Source of the DNA: an uncultured Candidatus Saccharibacteria bacterium
GTDB taxonomy: Bacteria; Patescibacteriota; Minisyncoccia; Phycocordibacterales; UBA918
NCBI GenBank assembly: GCA_964593375.1
Contig: CAZQIF010000001.1
Coordinates: forward strand, 6,405 to 70,404
Direction: 5' to 3'
Length of the DNA stretch: 64,000 bases
Shown here: positions 56,903-64,000 of the stretch, one piece after another
How positions within the stretch are numbered: the stretch's first letter is position 1
Layout: each line of letters begins with the position of its first letter
The notes under the pieces: model-generated
Databases searched by the model: none
The model's input: the letters and a program-made list of their open reading frames with translations, nothing else
What the model was told of the DNA's origin: nothing
Made by a program: the position numbers and the translations under genes

Positions 56903-57730
56903 ATGAAAATAACTAAAGCAGACGGAACACAAGAGGAATTTAAAACACAAAAGTTACGCTCATCACTCAAACGTGCTGGTGCTGGAAACAATGAAGTCAA
57001 TCGCATCGTTGCGCAAATTGAATCAACACTTACTGACGGAGCACATACGCAAGAAATTTATCGAAAAGCATTTGATTTACTTCGTGAGAGCAACGATCCA
57101 GTTGCAGCAAAGTACTCTCTACGTAGGGCAATATATGGACTTGGTCCAACCGGTTTTCCGTTTGAAGATTATCTGGCACGACTTTTTGAAATCGAAGGTC
57201 ACCGAACACGAAAGCGTCTTATTCTGAAGGGACACTGTGCAACACATGAGGTGGATTTAGCAGTGTACACACCAACCGAAACCTTTGTTGCTGAAGCAAA
57301 ATTTCATATGCAACCAGGTATCAAATCTGACTTGCAAGTAGTCATGTACTCATACGCGCGATTCCTTGATTTACGTTCACGACCCGTCGCACGAGACGAT
57401 AAATTTGGAATTTCTTCACTCTACATTATTACCAACACAAAGTTTACACAAGCTGCGATTAAATATGCTGATTGTGTAGGTATCAAACTCATTAGTTGGG
57501 ATTATCCAAGAGTTGATTCACTCCAAGCGCGTATTGAACGAGCAGGTGTATACCCCATTACTGTGCTCACACGTTTGCCTCTTGCGCAGAAGCGTCGCCT
57601 CATTGAAATGGGAGTCATTCTCTGTGTTGATTTAGTTAAAAACCCCAGTATCTTGCATCTTATGGGCCTTTCGAATATAAAAATTGACTCAATTATTGGT
57701 GAGGCATCGATGCTTTGTGGCTCAAAATAA
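56903..57730 (+). CDS. ATP-cone domain fused to a restriction endonuclease-like (Mrr-type PD-(D/E)xK) domain
   Basis: N-terminal MKITKADGTQEEFKTQKLRSSLKRAGAGNNEVNRIVAQIESTL is an ATP-cone. The C-terminal ..GHCATHEVDLAVYTPTETFVAEAKFH.. is an Mrr_cat-like nuclease core. Start set at the first ATG after the GC-rich spacer. The ORF-track frame opens at 56723 and overlaps mnmA. Confidence 0.7.
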   Translation: MKITKADGTQEEFKTQKLRSSLKRAGAGNNEVNRIVAQIESTLTDGAHTQEIYRKAFDLLRESNDPVAAKYSLRRAIYGLGPTGFPFEDYLARLFEIEGHRTRKRLILKGHCATHEVDLAVYTPTETFVAEAKFHMQPGIKSDLQVVMYSYARFLDLRSRPVARDDKFGISSLYIITNTKFTQAAIKYADCVGIKLISWDYPRVDSLQARIERAGVYPITVLTRLPLAQKRRLIEMGVILCVDLVKNPSILHLMGLSNIKIDSIIGEASMLCGSK

Positions 57731-57796
57731 GGAAATTGACACTTTTAGCCATTTAATGCCGTAATACTGTGGCCTTCACACGTGCTAAAAAATGCG

Positions 57797-57805
57797 TGTT
57801 ATAAT
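57797..57805 (+). promoter_or_regulatory. extended -10 promoter element TGtTATAAT about 40 bp upstream of the 57845 start
   Basis: Seen in the sequence. No well-spaced -35 is present (the TTGACA at 57736 is too far away). Confidence 0.35.
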
Positions 57806-57844
57806 CGCCGAGATATTATAGGAGTTAGCAGAGTTAAGCATAAT

Positions 57845-58402
57845 ATGTCAGAAACAGAAAAGCAGGAGGGACAAAAAACAGTAGTAGCGTTTATCGCAGG
57901 TCTTCTTATTGGCGGACTGCTCGTCTGGGTATTTTCATCAACACCAACAGACAAGTCAGTCGAGAAAGCAGTCGAAACAGACAATACTACAGAGACAGCA
58001 AAGACAGACAATACCCCAAAGACTGCTCCTGTAGAAGTTAAAAAGGATGTAGTAACAACACCAGAACCTAAAGTTAGCACCATCAAAGCAGGTGATGCAA
58101 CACTCAAGGCAGATGATCAGGTCGCTGGAAAAGTTGTAACCATAGCGGAATCAAAGTATCCAGCAGAGGCAGGGTGGGTTGTAGTTCGTGATTACACCGA
58201 TGGCGTAGCAGGGTGGGTTCTCGGGGCAGCACGATTCAATACTGAGGAAGGACTTACTCCAACAGCCGTAAACCTACTTCGTGACACTGTAGCAGGAAAC
58301 AGCTATCAGGTTGTGTACTACAGCGACAATGGCGATAAGGTTTTCGATTTAGGAGATGACCTCGTTATCGATGGTGTTTCAGCTTCATTCAAGGCTAAAT
58401 AA
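57845..58402 (+). CDS. hypothetical membrane-anchored protein (Thr/Lys-rich linker, C-terminal beta domain)
   Basis: The first ATG is at 57845 (MSETEKQEG...). The ORF-track start is GTG 57782. Confidence 0.65.
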   Translation: MSETEKQEGQKTVVAFIAGLLIGGLLVWVFSSTPTDKSVEKAVETDNTTETAKTDNTPKTAPVEVKKDVVTTPEPKVSTIKAGDATLKADDQVAGKVVTIAESKYPAEAGWVVVRDYTDGVAGWVLGAARFNTEEGLTPTAVNLLRDTVAGNSYQVVYYSDNGDKVFDLGDDLVIDGVSASFKAK

Positions 58403-58483
58403 TCAACGATTTTACTACAAAAATGCTCCATATTGGGGCTTTTTTGTATTTACTAACACGTGTGATGATATACTATCCTGAAT

Positions 58484-59266
58484 ATGGCTGAATACATAAA
58501 AAAATACAACCCAACACGCTCTTCTGAGTGGAATTACGGTGGTCCAAAATGGAAGCTTTCACGCTCAAAAATTGATTTATTCATAGAATGTCCACGATGC
58601 TTTTATCTCGATAACAAACTCGGCACGAAACGTCCGAGTATGCCATCCTTTAATCTCAACATTGCGGTTGATACACTTTTTAAAAAAGAGTTTGATGTAC
58701 ATCGCAATAACAAAACACGCCATCCAATTATGGAGGAATATAACATCGATGCGCTTCCACTCGTACATAATGACTTAGATATATGGCGTGACCCGTTTGT
58801 CGGCGTTACCCACTTGCATACACAAACAGGACTACTTGTTTCGGGAGGTGTTGATGATATCTGGGAAGCGAGTGATGGTTCACTTATTGTTGTTGACTAC
58901 AAAGCAACCTCAAAAAGCGAGCGCATCGTGACACTCAGTGATTCACCATGGGAAAGCCAGTATCGAAGACAGATTGGAGTGTACCAATGGCTTCTCAAAC
59001 AAAACGGTTTCAAAGTTTCAAATACAGGGTACTTTGTGTACGCAAACGGAAGCACTGATGTGGGTGGCTTTAATAACACGCTCACGTTTGAAACCACACT
59101 CGTACCCTGTGAAGGAGAGACAGATTGGATAGAGCCTACACTTCTTGAAATTAAAAAATGCCTCGAGAGCGACATCTTCCCAAAAAGCGGAGAAACATGT
59201 GAATTCTGCCCATACCGTGAGGCATGTGGAAAAAAGCTACAAGCAATTCATAATGGTAAAAAATAA
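58484..59266 (+). CDS. PD-(D/E)xK nuclease superfamily protein, Cas4/RecB-like, with a C-terminal Cys cluster
   Basis: ..IVVDYKATSK.. (D-x-K core), ..QYRRQIGVYQWLL.., C-terminal CEFCPYREAC. Confidence 0.7.
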   Translation: MAEYIKKYNPTRSSEWNYGGPKWKLSRSKIDLFIECPRCFYLDNKLGTKRPSMPSFNLNIAVDTLFKKEFDVHRNNKTRHPIMEEYNIDALPLVHNDLDIWRDPFVGVTHLHTQTGLLVSGGVDDIWEASDGSLIVVDYKATSKSERIVTLSDSPWESQYRRQIGVYQWLLKQNGFKVSNTGYFVYANGSTDVGGFNNTLTFETTLVPCEGETDWIEPTLLEIKKCLESDIFPKSGETCEFCPYREACGKKLQAIHNGKK

Positions 59267-59531
59267 AGCTTTACAATTGATTTTTACCGAATCGGTCAAG
59301 GCAGTGGTACGCTCGATTCCAAAGGGTAGCACGCTCTCGTACTGTGATGTCGCCAAGCGCGCTGGGAATCCAAGGGCAGCACGTGCAGTTGCACGCATTA
59401 TGGCAGGAAATTATGACCCCTCCATACCATGTCACCGCGTTATACGAAGTGATGGTACAATGGGCGGGTATAATAGAGGAGGCGCAGAAGTGAAAAAAGA
59501 AAAATTAAAAAAGGAAAAATTTAATATATAA
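59253..59531 (+). CDS. MGMT-family DNA-binding domain protein (6-O-methylguanine-DNA methyltransferase-like, PCHRV motif)
   Basis: ..IPKGSTLSYCDVAKRAGNPRAARAVARIMAGN...IPCHRVIRSDGTMGGY. It overlaps the upstream nuclease gene by 14 bp. The start is the ATG at 59253 within ORF-track frame 59145. Confidence 0.7.
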   Translation: MVKNKALQLIFTESVKAVVRSIPKGSTLSYCDVAKRAGNPRAARAVARIMAGNYDPSIPCHRVIRSDGTMGGYNRGGAEVKKEKLKKEKFNI

Positions 59532-59534
59532 ATT

Positions 59535-59897
59535 ATGAATAACGCTGACGCTCTAAATGCTGTAAAAAAGGATATTGCTCGAATTAATGCTGACATTACA
59601 AAAATTGAAACGCAAGAGAATGATGCAAAGAGAGAACTTGCAAAAGCAAGTGCAAAAGTACTCGAGGAAGAAAAGAAAGTAACTAAAGCGGAGCAAGAGC
59701 TTGCTCGAGCCAACGAAGATCTAAACAGGGTAGAATCAGTCGTTCGTCAAATCAATAGTAAGCAAGAGGGAATTGTGACCGAGAAGAAAAATATAACAAG
59801 CTTACTCACTGCAAAAAATTCAGAAATGGAAAAGCTTACCTTAGCAGTAAAATCAGATGCAGATAAAGCTAAGAAAGACTCTGAAACAACGAAATAG
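59535..59897 (+). CDS. hypothetical coiled-coil protein (120 aa)
   Basis: ORF with Lys/Glu/Ala-rich heptad-like composition. Confidence 0.55.
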   Translation: MNNADALNAVKKDIARINADITKIETQENDAKRELAKASAKVLEEEKKVTKAEQELARANEDLNRVESVVRQINSKQEGIVTEKKNITSLLTAKNSEMEKLTLAVKSDADKAKKDSETTK

Positions 59898-59902
59898 GTT
59901 CT

Positions 59903-60499
59903 ATGAGTTATTCGTATCGAATTGAACAGGCAATCCGCGCAGCGTCGGTCCTTCACAAGGGGCAGGTGCGTCGTGGACAAACACCATTTCCATATGTCAC
60001 CCACCTCTACGCCGTGGCATTTTTGGTAGCGGATTATACTGACGATGAAGATGTTATCGTCGGCGCACTGCTCCATGACACACTCGAAGATACCGACTAC
60101 ACACCTGAGGAACTACAAAACGACTTTGGTGGTACCGTAATGGAACTGGTGCTTGGAGTTACTGAGCCAGTAACTCCAACTGGAGAGAAGGTAAATTGGA
60201 AAGATAACAAAAAGCGCTATTTGAAACAACTGAGTAAAGCACCTAAAGGTTCACTCATGATTGCGGCTGCTGATAAAATCCACAATATGCGTTGTGTCGT
60301 TGAAGAATACTACGACAACCACTCACAGTTCCTCGCAGATTTTGGTGGTTCACTCGAGGAACGCTTGTTTATGTACCAAGAAATTAGTAATATCCTCAAT
60401 CGGAATCTCGATAACGGCATTCTCGCAGAGTTCAACCACGTATTTAAAGAATATAAGAATTTTATAGAGCAAGTACAACGAAACAATGAATATGCCTAA
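59903..60499 (+). CDS. HD-domain protein resembling the (p)ppGpp hydrolase domain of RelA/SpoT (small alarmone hydrolase-like)
   Basis: ..PYVTHLYAVAFLVADYTDDEDVIVGALLHDTLEDTDYT.. matches the SpoT HD signature (H..HD..ED). Confidence 0.75.
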   Translation: MSYSYRIEQAIRAASVLHKGQVRRGQTPFPYVTHLYAVAFLVADYTDDEDVIVGALLHDTLEDTDYTPEELQNDFGGTVMELVLGVTEPVTPTGEKVNWKDNKKRYLKQLSKAPKGSLMIAAADKIHNMRCVVEEYYDNHSQFLADFGGSLEERLFMYQEISNILNRNLDNGILAEFNHVFKEYKNFIEQVQRNNEYA

Positions 60500-61781
60500 A
60501 CGCACCTCTACCCTGAAAGCGCAGTTTAAGAAACTTGTGACGGTAGGCAATATCACCGAATACACATTTCAAAAAAACGGAATGCGTATTTTGAATGTAC
60601 GTGCAGACGCGTGCCCTACAGTTACCACCTGTATCGTCTATGGTGTTGGTTCACAGCATGAAGGGAAAGGTGAGACCGGGCTCGCGCATATGCTCGAGCA
60701 CATGCTTTTTAAAGAAACAGGAACGCAAGGCCCCACATGGAAGAAGCTCGAAGAAAAGGGTGCGGTACTGAATGCCACCACATGGCTCGATCGTACACTG
60801 TACTACTTCAATCTTCCAAAGCAGTATCTCGGCGACATGCTCGCGGTCGAAGCTGACCGTATGCGTAATGTAAAACTCACCAAGAAGGAATTCGAACCAG
60901 AGCGTACGAATGTCCTCAGTGAATACGAAATGCACAACAGCGAAGCTGAATCGGCGCTCGAATGGAACATCGTTGCGTCAGCATTTCAATCACACGGATA
61001 CAAACACGACACCATTGGATTCCGTACTGATATTGAAAACTACACAACCCTGAAACTACAAAACTTTTATAACAAATTTTATTGGCCTAACAACGCAACG
61101 CTCATCGTTGTGGGTGATATAGGAAAAATGGAACTATTTGAGAGTGTTGCACAGCACTTTGGGCACATTCCTCCGAATTTTGATTCAAAGCTTCATGAGA
61201 CGACACGTGAAATGAAGCAAGAGGGTGTACGACGCGTGGTACTTGAGCGCGAGACACCTATTCGTGCTGTCCATATTGCATTCAAGGCGCCTCCGTTTAC
61301 GAGCCGTGAGTGGACTGCACTCTATCTCGCGATTCTCCATCTTACTGACGGAAAGACAAGTGTTCTCTATAAAAAGCTTGTCGATACGCATCTTGCGACT
61401 GCAGTTGGGGGAAGTCTCTATCCAACCAAAGATCCATTTCTAGCTGAATTTTCTGTTACCGCGACCGAGAAGTCCTCGTATACAAAAATTGAACACGTCG
61501 TACGCACTGAAATTGATTTCCTCAAAAAGCATCCGATTCCTGCAAAACGACTTAAGGAACTGAAAACGTATGCGCATGCTGAAGAGCTTTTTTCACGCGA
61601 TGGTACACTCCGCATAGCTTCCCAGCTTGCTGAATACGTTGCAACGGGTGACTGGACGAGGTACGAGACTGAACTTACCGAATTAAAACAGATAACGGCG
61701 AAAGAAATTATGCAAGCGATAGCAACCTACCTCACGCTTCCACAGTCGACTGTTGGCACTATAGAAAAACCTTCACTATGA
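60486..61781 (+). CDS. M16 family zinc peptidase (pitrilysin/insulinase-like), probably the active subunit
   Basis: Inverted zinc motif HxxEH (GLAHMLEHMLFKET) and a downstream E (..EFEPERTNVLSEYEM..). Confidence 0.88.
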   Translation: MNMPKRTSTLKAQFKKLVTVGNITEYTFQKNGMRILNVRADACPTVTTCIVYGVGSQHEGKGETGLAHMLEHMLFKETGTQGPTWKKLEEKGAVLNATTWLDRTLYYFNLPKQYLGDMLAVEADRMRNVKLTKKEFEPERTNVLSEYEMHNSEAESALEWNIVASAFQSHGYKHDTIGFRTDIENYTTLKLQNFYNKFYWPNNATLIVVGDIGKMELFESVAQHFGHIPPNFDSKLHETTREMKQEGVRRVVLERETPIRAVHIAFKAPPFTSREWTALYLAILHLTDGKTSVLYKKLVDTHLATAVGGSLYPTKDPFLAEFSVTATEKSSYTKIEHVVRTEIDFLKKHPIPAKRLKELKTYAHAEELFSRDGTLRIASQLAEYVATGDWTRYETELTELKQITAKEIMQAIATYLTLPQSTVGTIEKPSL

Positions 61782-63046
61782 ACTACACTTCACTAGCTCA
61801 CCTTGGCGCCGTAACTGTACAAAGTATCGTGCCTGTTGACGCACGCATGGTAACGGTCGCCATTTCGGTAAAAATCCATGGATACATGGAATCGATGAGC
61901 GATGAGCTCCTTCTGGCATATACACACCTCGCACTTTCCGGAACAAATGAAAAGGATGAGGAATCGATTGATGCGCATCTTCGCAGTAACGGTATAGTGC
62001 TCAGTGTGAGCACCGACCTTGGATTTGTGCATTACAAACTCACCACCGAAGCTTCATTACTCAAAAAAGGTCTCTCTATGGTGCACGAGCTCATTCACAA
62101 ATCGGTTTTTCCCCATGCTCATGTGAAGCGAACAATTGCACTTATGCTCGAAGAAAACCGAGAAGCACACGACGATGCAAAGCGCCGAGCTGAAGCTGAT
62201 TTTATAAACACACTGTACGCCTATGATTCGTATGTGCGCTACCACACGTTAGCGGAAGAGCGCGAAGAGATTACAAAGGTTTCGCGACAACGACTGCTTA
62301 ATTTACTACTCAATATTCGAGAGGGTGAGTGGTATATTTCTGTTGTCGGCAATGAAGTTGCTCTGCGAGAAGTCAAAGCATTTGCAAAGCAAGCAGGAAA
62401 ACATTCGACCAAAGTTGAGCGCGATGAGCTTGAGTATGCACATATCCAAAGTGCCCATACGTTCACAACCATCACAGGTAAAACTAATGTCGAAGTCCGT
62501 ATAGGAAACAGACTCCCCATTACTTTTCTCGAGAAGGAATATGTACCGCTCTCATTTGGACTTACCGTACTTGGTAAGATGGGTGGATTTTCAGGAAGAC
62601 TCATGAGCATAGTTCGTGAAAAGGAGGGACTCACCTATGGGATATACACAAAAATGAGTGCACCTGATATTACAAGTCTGGGTCACTGGAACATCTTCAC
62701 TTTTTTCACTGGAAAAGATCTTGCCCAAGGATTAACTTCGACCCTACGTGAAATCAAAAAAATTGTCACAAAGGGAATAACCGACAGGGAACTTGTGGTG
62801 TTTAAAGAAATTCTTGATAATCAATTTCTCATTGCACATGAATCAAACCGACAGCGTCTAGCGTTGTACCACTCGGTGGTGCTACAAGGAGGAACTGAGT
62901 TACTCATTACCGAAAACAGAATGAGGACACAAAAACTCACAAAACATGAAGTGAATGAAGCGCTCAAAAAATTCATTAATTCAAACAACCTTGCAGTAAC
63001 AGGCGCCGGTCCTGTCACCGAGGAGGGAATAGGAATAGTAAGTTAG
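61778..63046 (+). CDS. M16 family peptidase-like protein (second subunit; no HxxEH motif, so probably non-catalytic)
   Basis: Overlaps the preceding M16 gene by 4 bp (ATGA). It has M16 C-terminal-domain-like composition. The HxxEH motif is absent. Confidence 0.75.
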   Translation: MNYTSLAHLGAVTVQSIVPVDARMVTVAISVKIHGYMESMSDELLLAYTHLALSGTNEKDEESIDAHLRSNGIVLSVSTDLGFVHYKLTTEASLLKKGLSMVHELIHKSVFPHAHVKRTIALMLEENREAHDDAKRRAEADFINTLYAYDSYVRYHTLAEEREEITKVSRQRLLNLLLNIREGEWYISVVGNEVALREVKAFAKQAGKHSTKVERDELEYAHIQSAHTFTTITGKTNVEVRIGNRLPITFLEKEYVPLSFGLTVLGKMGGFSGRLMSIVREKEGLTYGIYTKMSAPDITSLGHWNIFTFFTGKDLAQGLTSTLREIKKIVTKGITDRELVVFKEILDNQFLIAHESNRQRLALYHSVVLQGGTELLITENRMRTQKLTKHEVNEALKKFINSNNLAVTGAGPVTEEGIGIVS

Positions 63047-63215
63047 CTCTTAGCGACTAGCTGTTAGCACTGAGCTTCTGGGTCCCGAGTCCCTGCCTGT
63101 CCGGTAGGCAGGGCAGGCAGGAAGCCCAGGATGACAAATGGATTAAAATTATATAACTAAATTCTGAGTTTGTAATTTAGCTTGTACTAAGAGCTAAGTG
63201 CTAAAAGCTAATTTT
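63045..63215. repeat. intergenic repeat element related to 46127-46202 (..CTAGCTGTTAGCACTGAGCTTCTGGGT..), with an internal 8-bp GC hairpin (CCCTGCCT-gtccggt-AGGCAGGG), a ..CCAGGATGACAAA.. block and an inverted TAGCTCTTAG.. copy at the far end
   Basis: Seen directly. It lies between the second M16 gene and alaS. Confidence 0.45.
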
Positions 63216-63261
63216 TCTTGTATAGTATGACTCATTACCTATTTACATTAAGTGTTTTACT

Positions 63262-64000
63262 ATGTCTGGGAACGAAATTCGAAAAAAATATCTTGATTTC
63301 ATGGCTAAAAATGGGCATGCAATAATCCCATCGGCCGCGCTCGTGCCCCAAAATGATCCCACAACCCTCTTCACGGGCAGTGGCATGCAACCACTCGTCC
63401 CATATCTCATGGGCGAGAAGCACCCAATGGGAACACGCCTCAGTAACTCACAAAAATGTTTCCGTGCGGATGACATCGAAGAGGTAGGTGACAATCGACA
63501 TACAACTTTTTTTGAGATGCTCGGTAACTGGTCACTCGGTGACTACTTCAAGAAAGAACAGCTTCCTTGGTTTTACACATTTGTTACCGAAGAGGTAGGA
63601 CTTAATCCTGAAAATATTTATGTAACTGTTTTTGCCGGCAGTGAGGCGGACAATATTCCACGAGATGATGAGACAGTAGCGATTTGGCAAAGTGAGTTTC
63701 TTAAGCGTGGAGTTTCTAATGGTGTCGCACATATCGGTTCCGAAGAAGATGGTGGAAAGCGAGGAATCAAAGAGGGTGAACGAATTTTCTTTTACGACTC
63801 AGCTAAGAACTGGTGGAGTAGAGCAGGGAAGCCAGAAAAAATGCCCGTAGGTGAAATCGGTGGTCCTGATAGTGAAATGTTTTATGATTTTGGTACCCAG
63901 CACGACACGAAGTTTGGTGAGTACTGTCACCCAAACTGTGATTGTGGACGTTTTCTTGAAATTGGAAACTCAGTATTCATGGAGTACATCAAAACTGAAA
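63262..64000 (+). CDS. alaS: alanine--tRNA ligase, N-terminal part (continues beyond the window)
   Basis: MSGNEIRKKYLDFMAKNGHAIIPSAALVPQNDPTTLFTGSGMQPLVPYLMGEKHPMGTRLSNSQKCFRADDIEEVGDNRHTTFFEMLGNWSLGDYFK matches the AlaS N-terminus. The frame is open to the window end. Confidence 0.9.
   Translation, partial: MSGNEIRKKYLDFMAKNGHAIIPSAALVPQNDPTTLFTGSGMQPLVPYLMGEKHPMGTRLSNSQKCFRADDIEEVGDNRHTTFFEMLGNWSLGDYFKKEQLPWFYTFVTEEVGLNPENIYVTVFAGSEADNIPRDDETVAIWQSEFLKRGVSNGVAHIGSEEDGGKRGIKEGERIFFYDSAKNWWSRAGKPEKMPVGEIGGPDSEMFYDFGTQHDTKFGEYCHPNCDCGRFLEIGNSVFMEYIKTE

Noticed and set aside
57736-57741. TTGACA as the -35 for the 57845 gene
   Set aside because: It lies about 58 bp from the TATAAT at 57800-57805, which is an incompatible spacing.

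Overview
This 64 kb window comes from an AT-rich bacterial chromosome (most genes about 40% GC) carrying housekeeping genes: the 3' end of the ATP synthase operon (atpD, atpC), an RND efflux pair, an ECF sigma/anti-sigma operon, prmC, ychF, typA, leuS, mltG, mnmA, a pair of M16 peptidases and the 5' end of alaS. The gene style (many small hypothetical proteins, zinc-ribbon proteins, reduced metabolism) fits a reduced-genome bacterium such as Patescibacteria/CPR, but that is inference only.

The accessory content sits mainly in an island of about 13 kb (roughly 22.4-35.5 kb). It begins with a solitary MazF/PemK-like toxin behind a perfect 16-bp palindrome and a soluble FtsK-like translocase. 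It then carries a tightly coupled three-gene operon: an MmeI-family Type IIL restriction-modification protein, a DExH SF2 helicase, and a T5orf172 (GIY-YIG-like) domain protein. A divergent C5 cytosine methyltransferase plus candidate restriction endonuclease, a DUF2130 protein, an HNH nuclease and a transposase helix-turn-helix remnant follow, the remnant marking the island edge. The MmeI-like/helicase/T5orf172 operon is the best candidate for an undescribed translocating RM-like defence system.

Other notable points:
- leuS encodes an in-frame insertion of about 165 aa containing a perfect Nudix box.
- A GC-rich fused PurC-PurE gene (PAICS-like architecture) is probably horizontally acquired.
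- leuS is preceded by a long structured leader ending in a 22-bp perfect terminator hairpin.
- There are two GC-rich candidate structured RNA loci, or small ORFs.
- An iteron-like inverted-repeat array with a possible roughly 100-nt sRNA lies downstream of a DUF3800 gene.
- A TAGCTTCTGG-type intergenic repeat family occurs twice.
- An ATP-cone fused to an Mrr-like nuclease is present.
- A GC-rich degraded region carries a frameshifted HIT-like gene.

No CRISPR array and no convincing tRNA or rRNA gene was found by eye.
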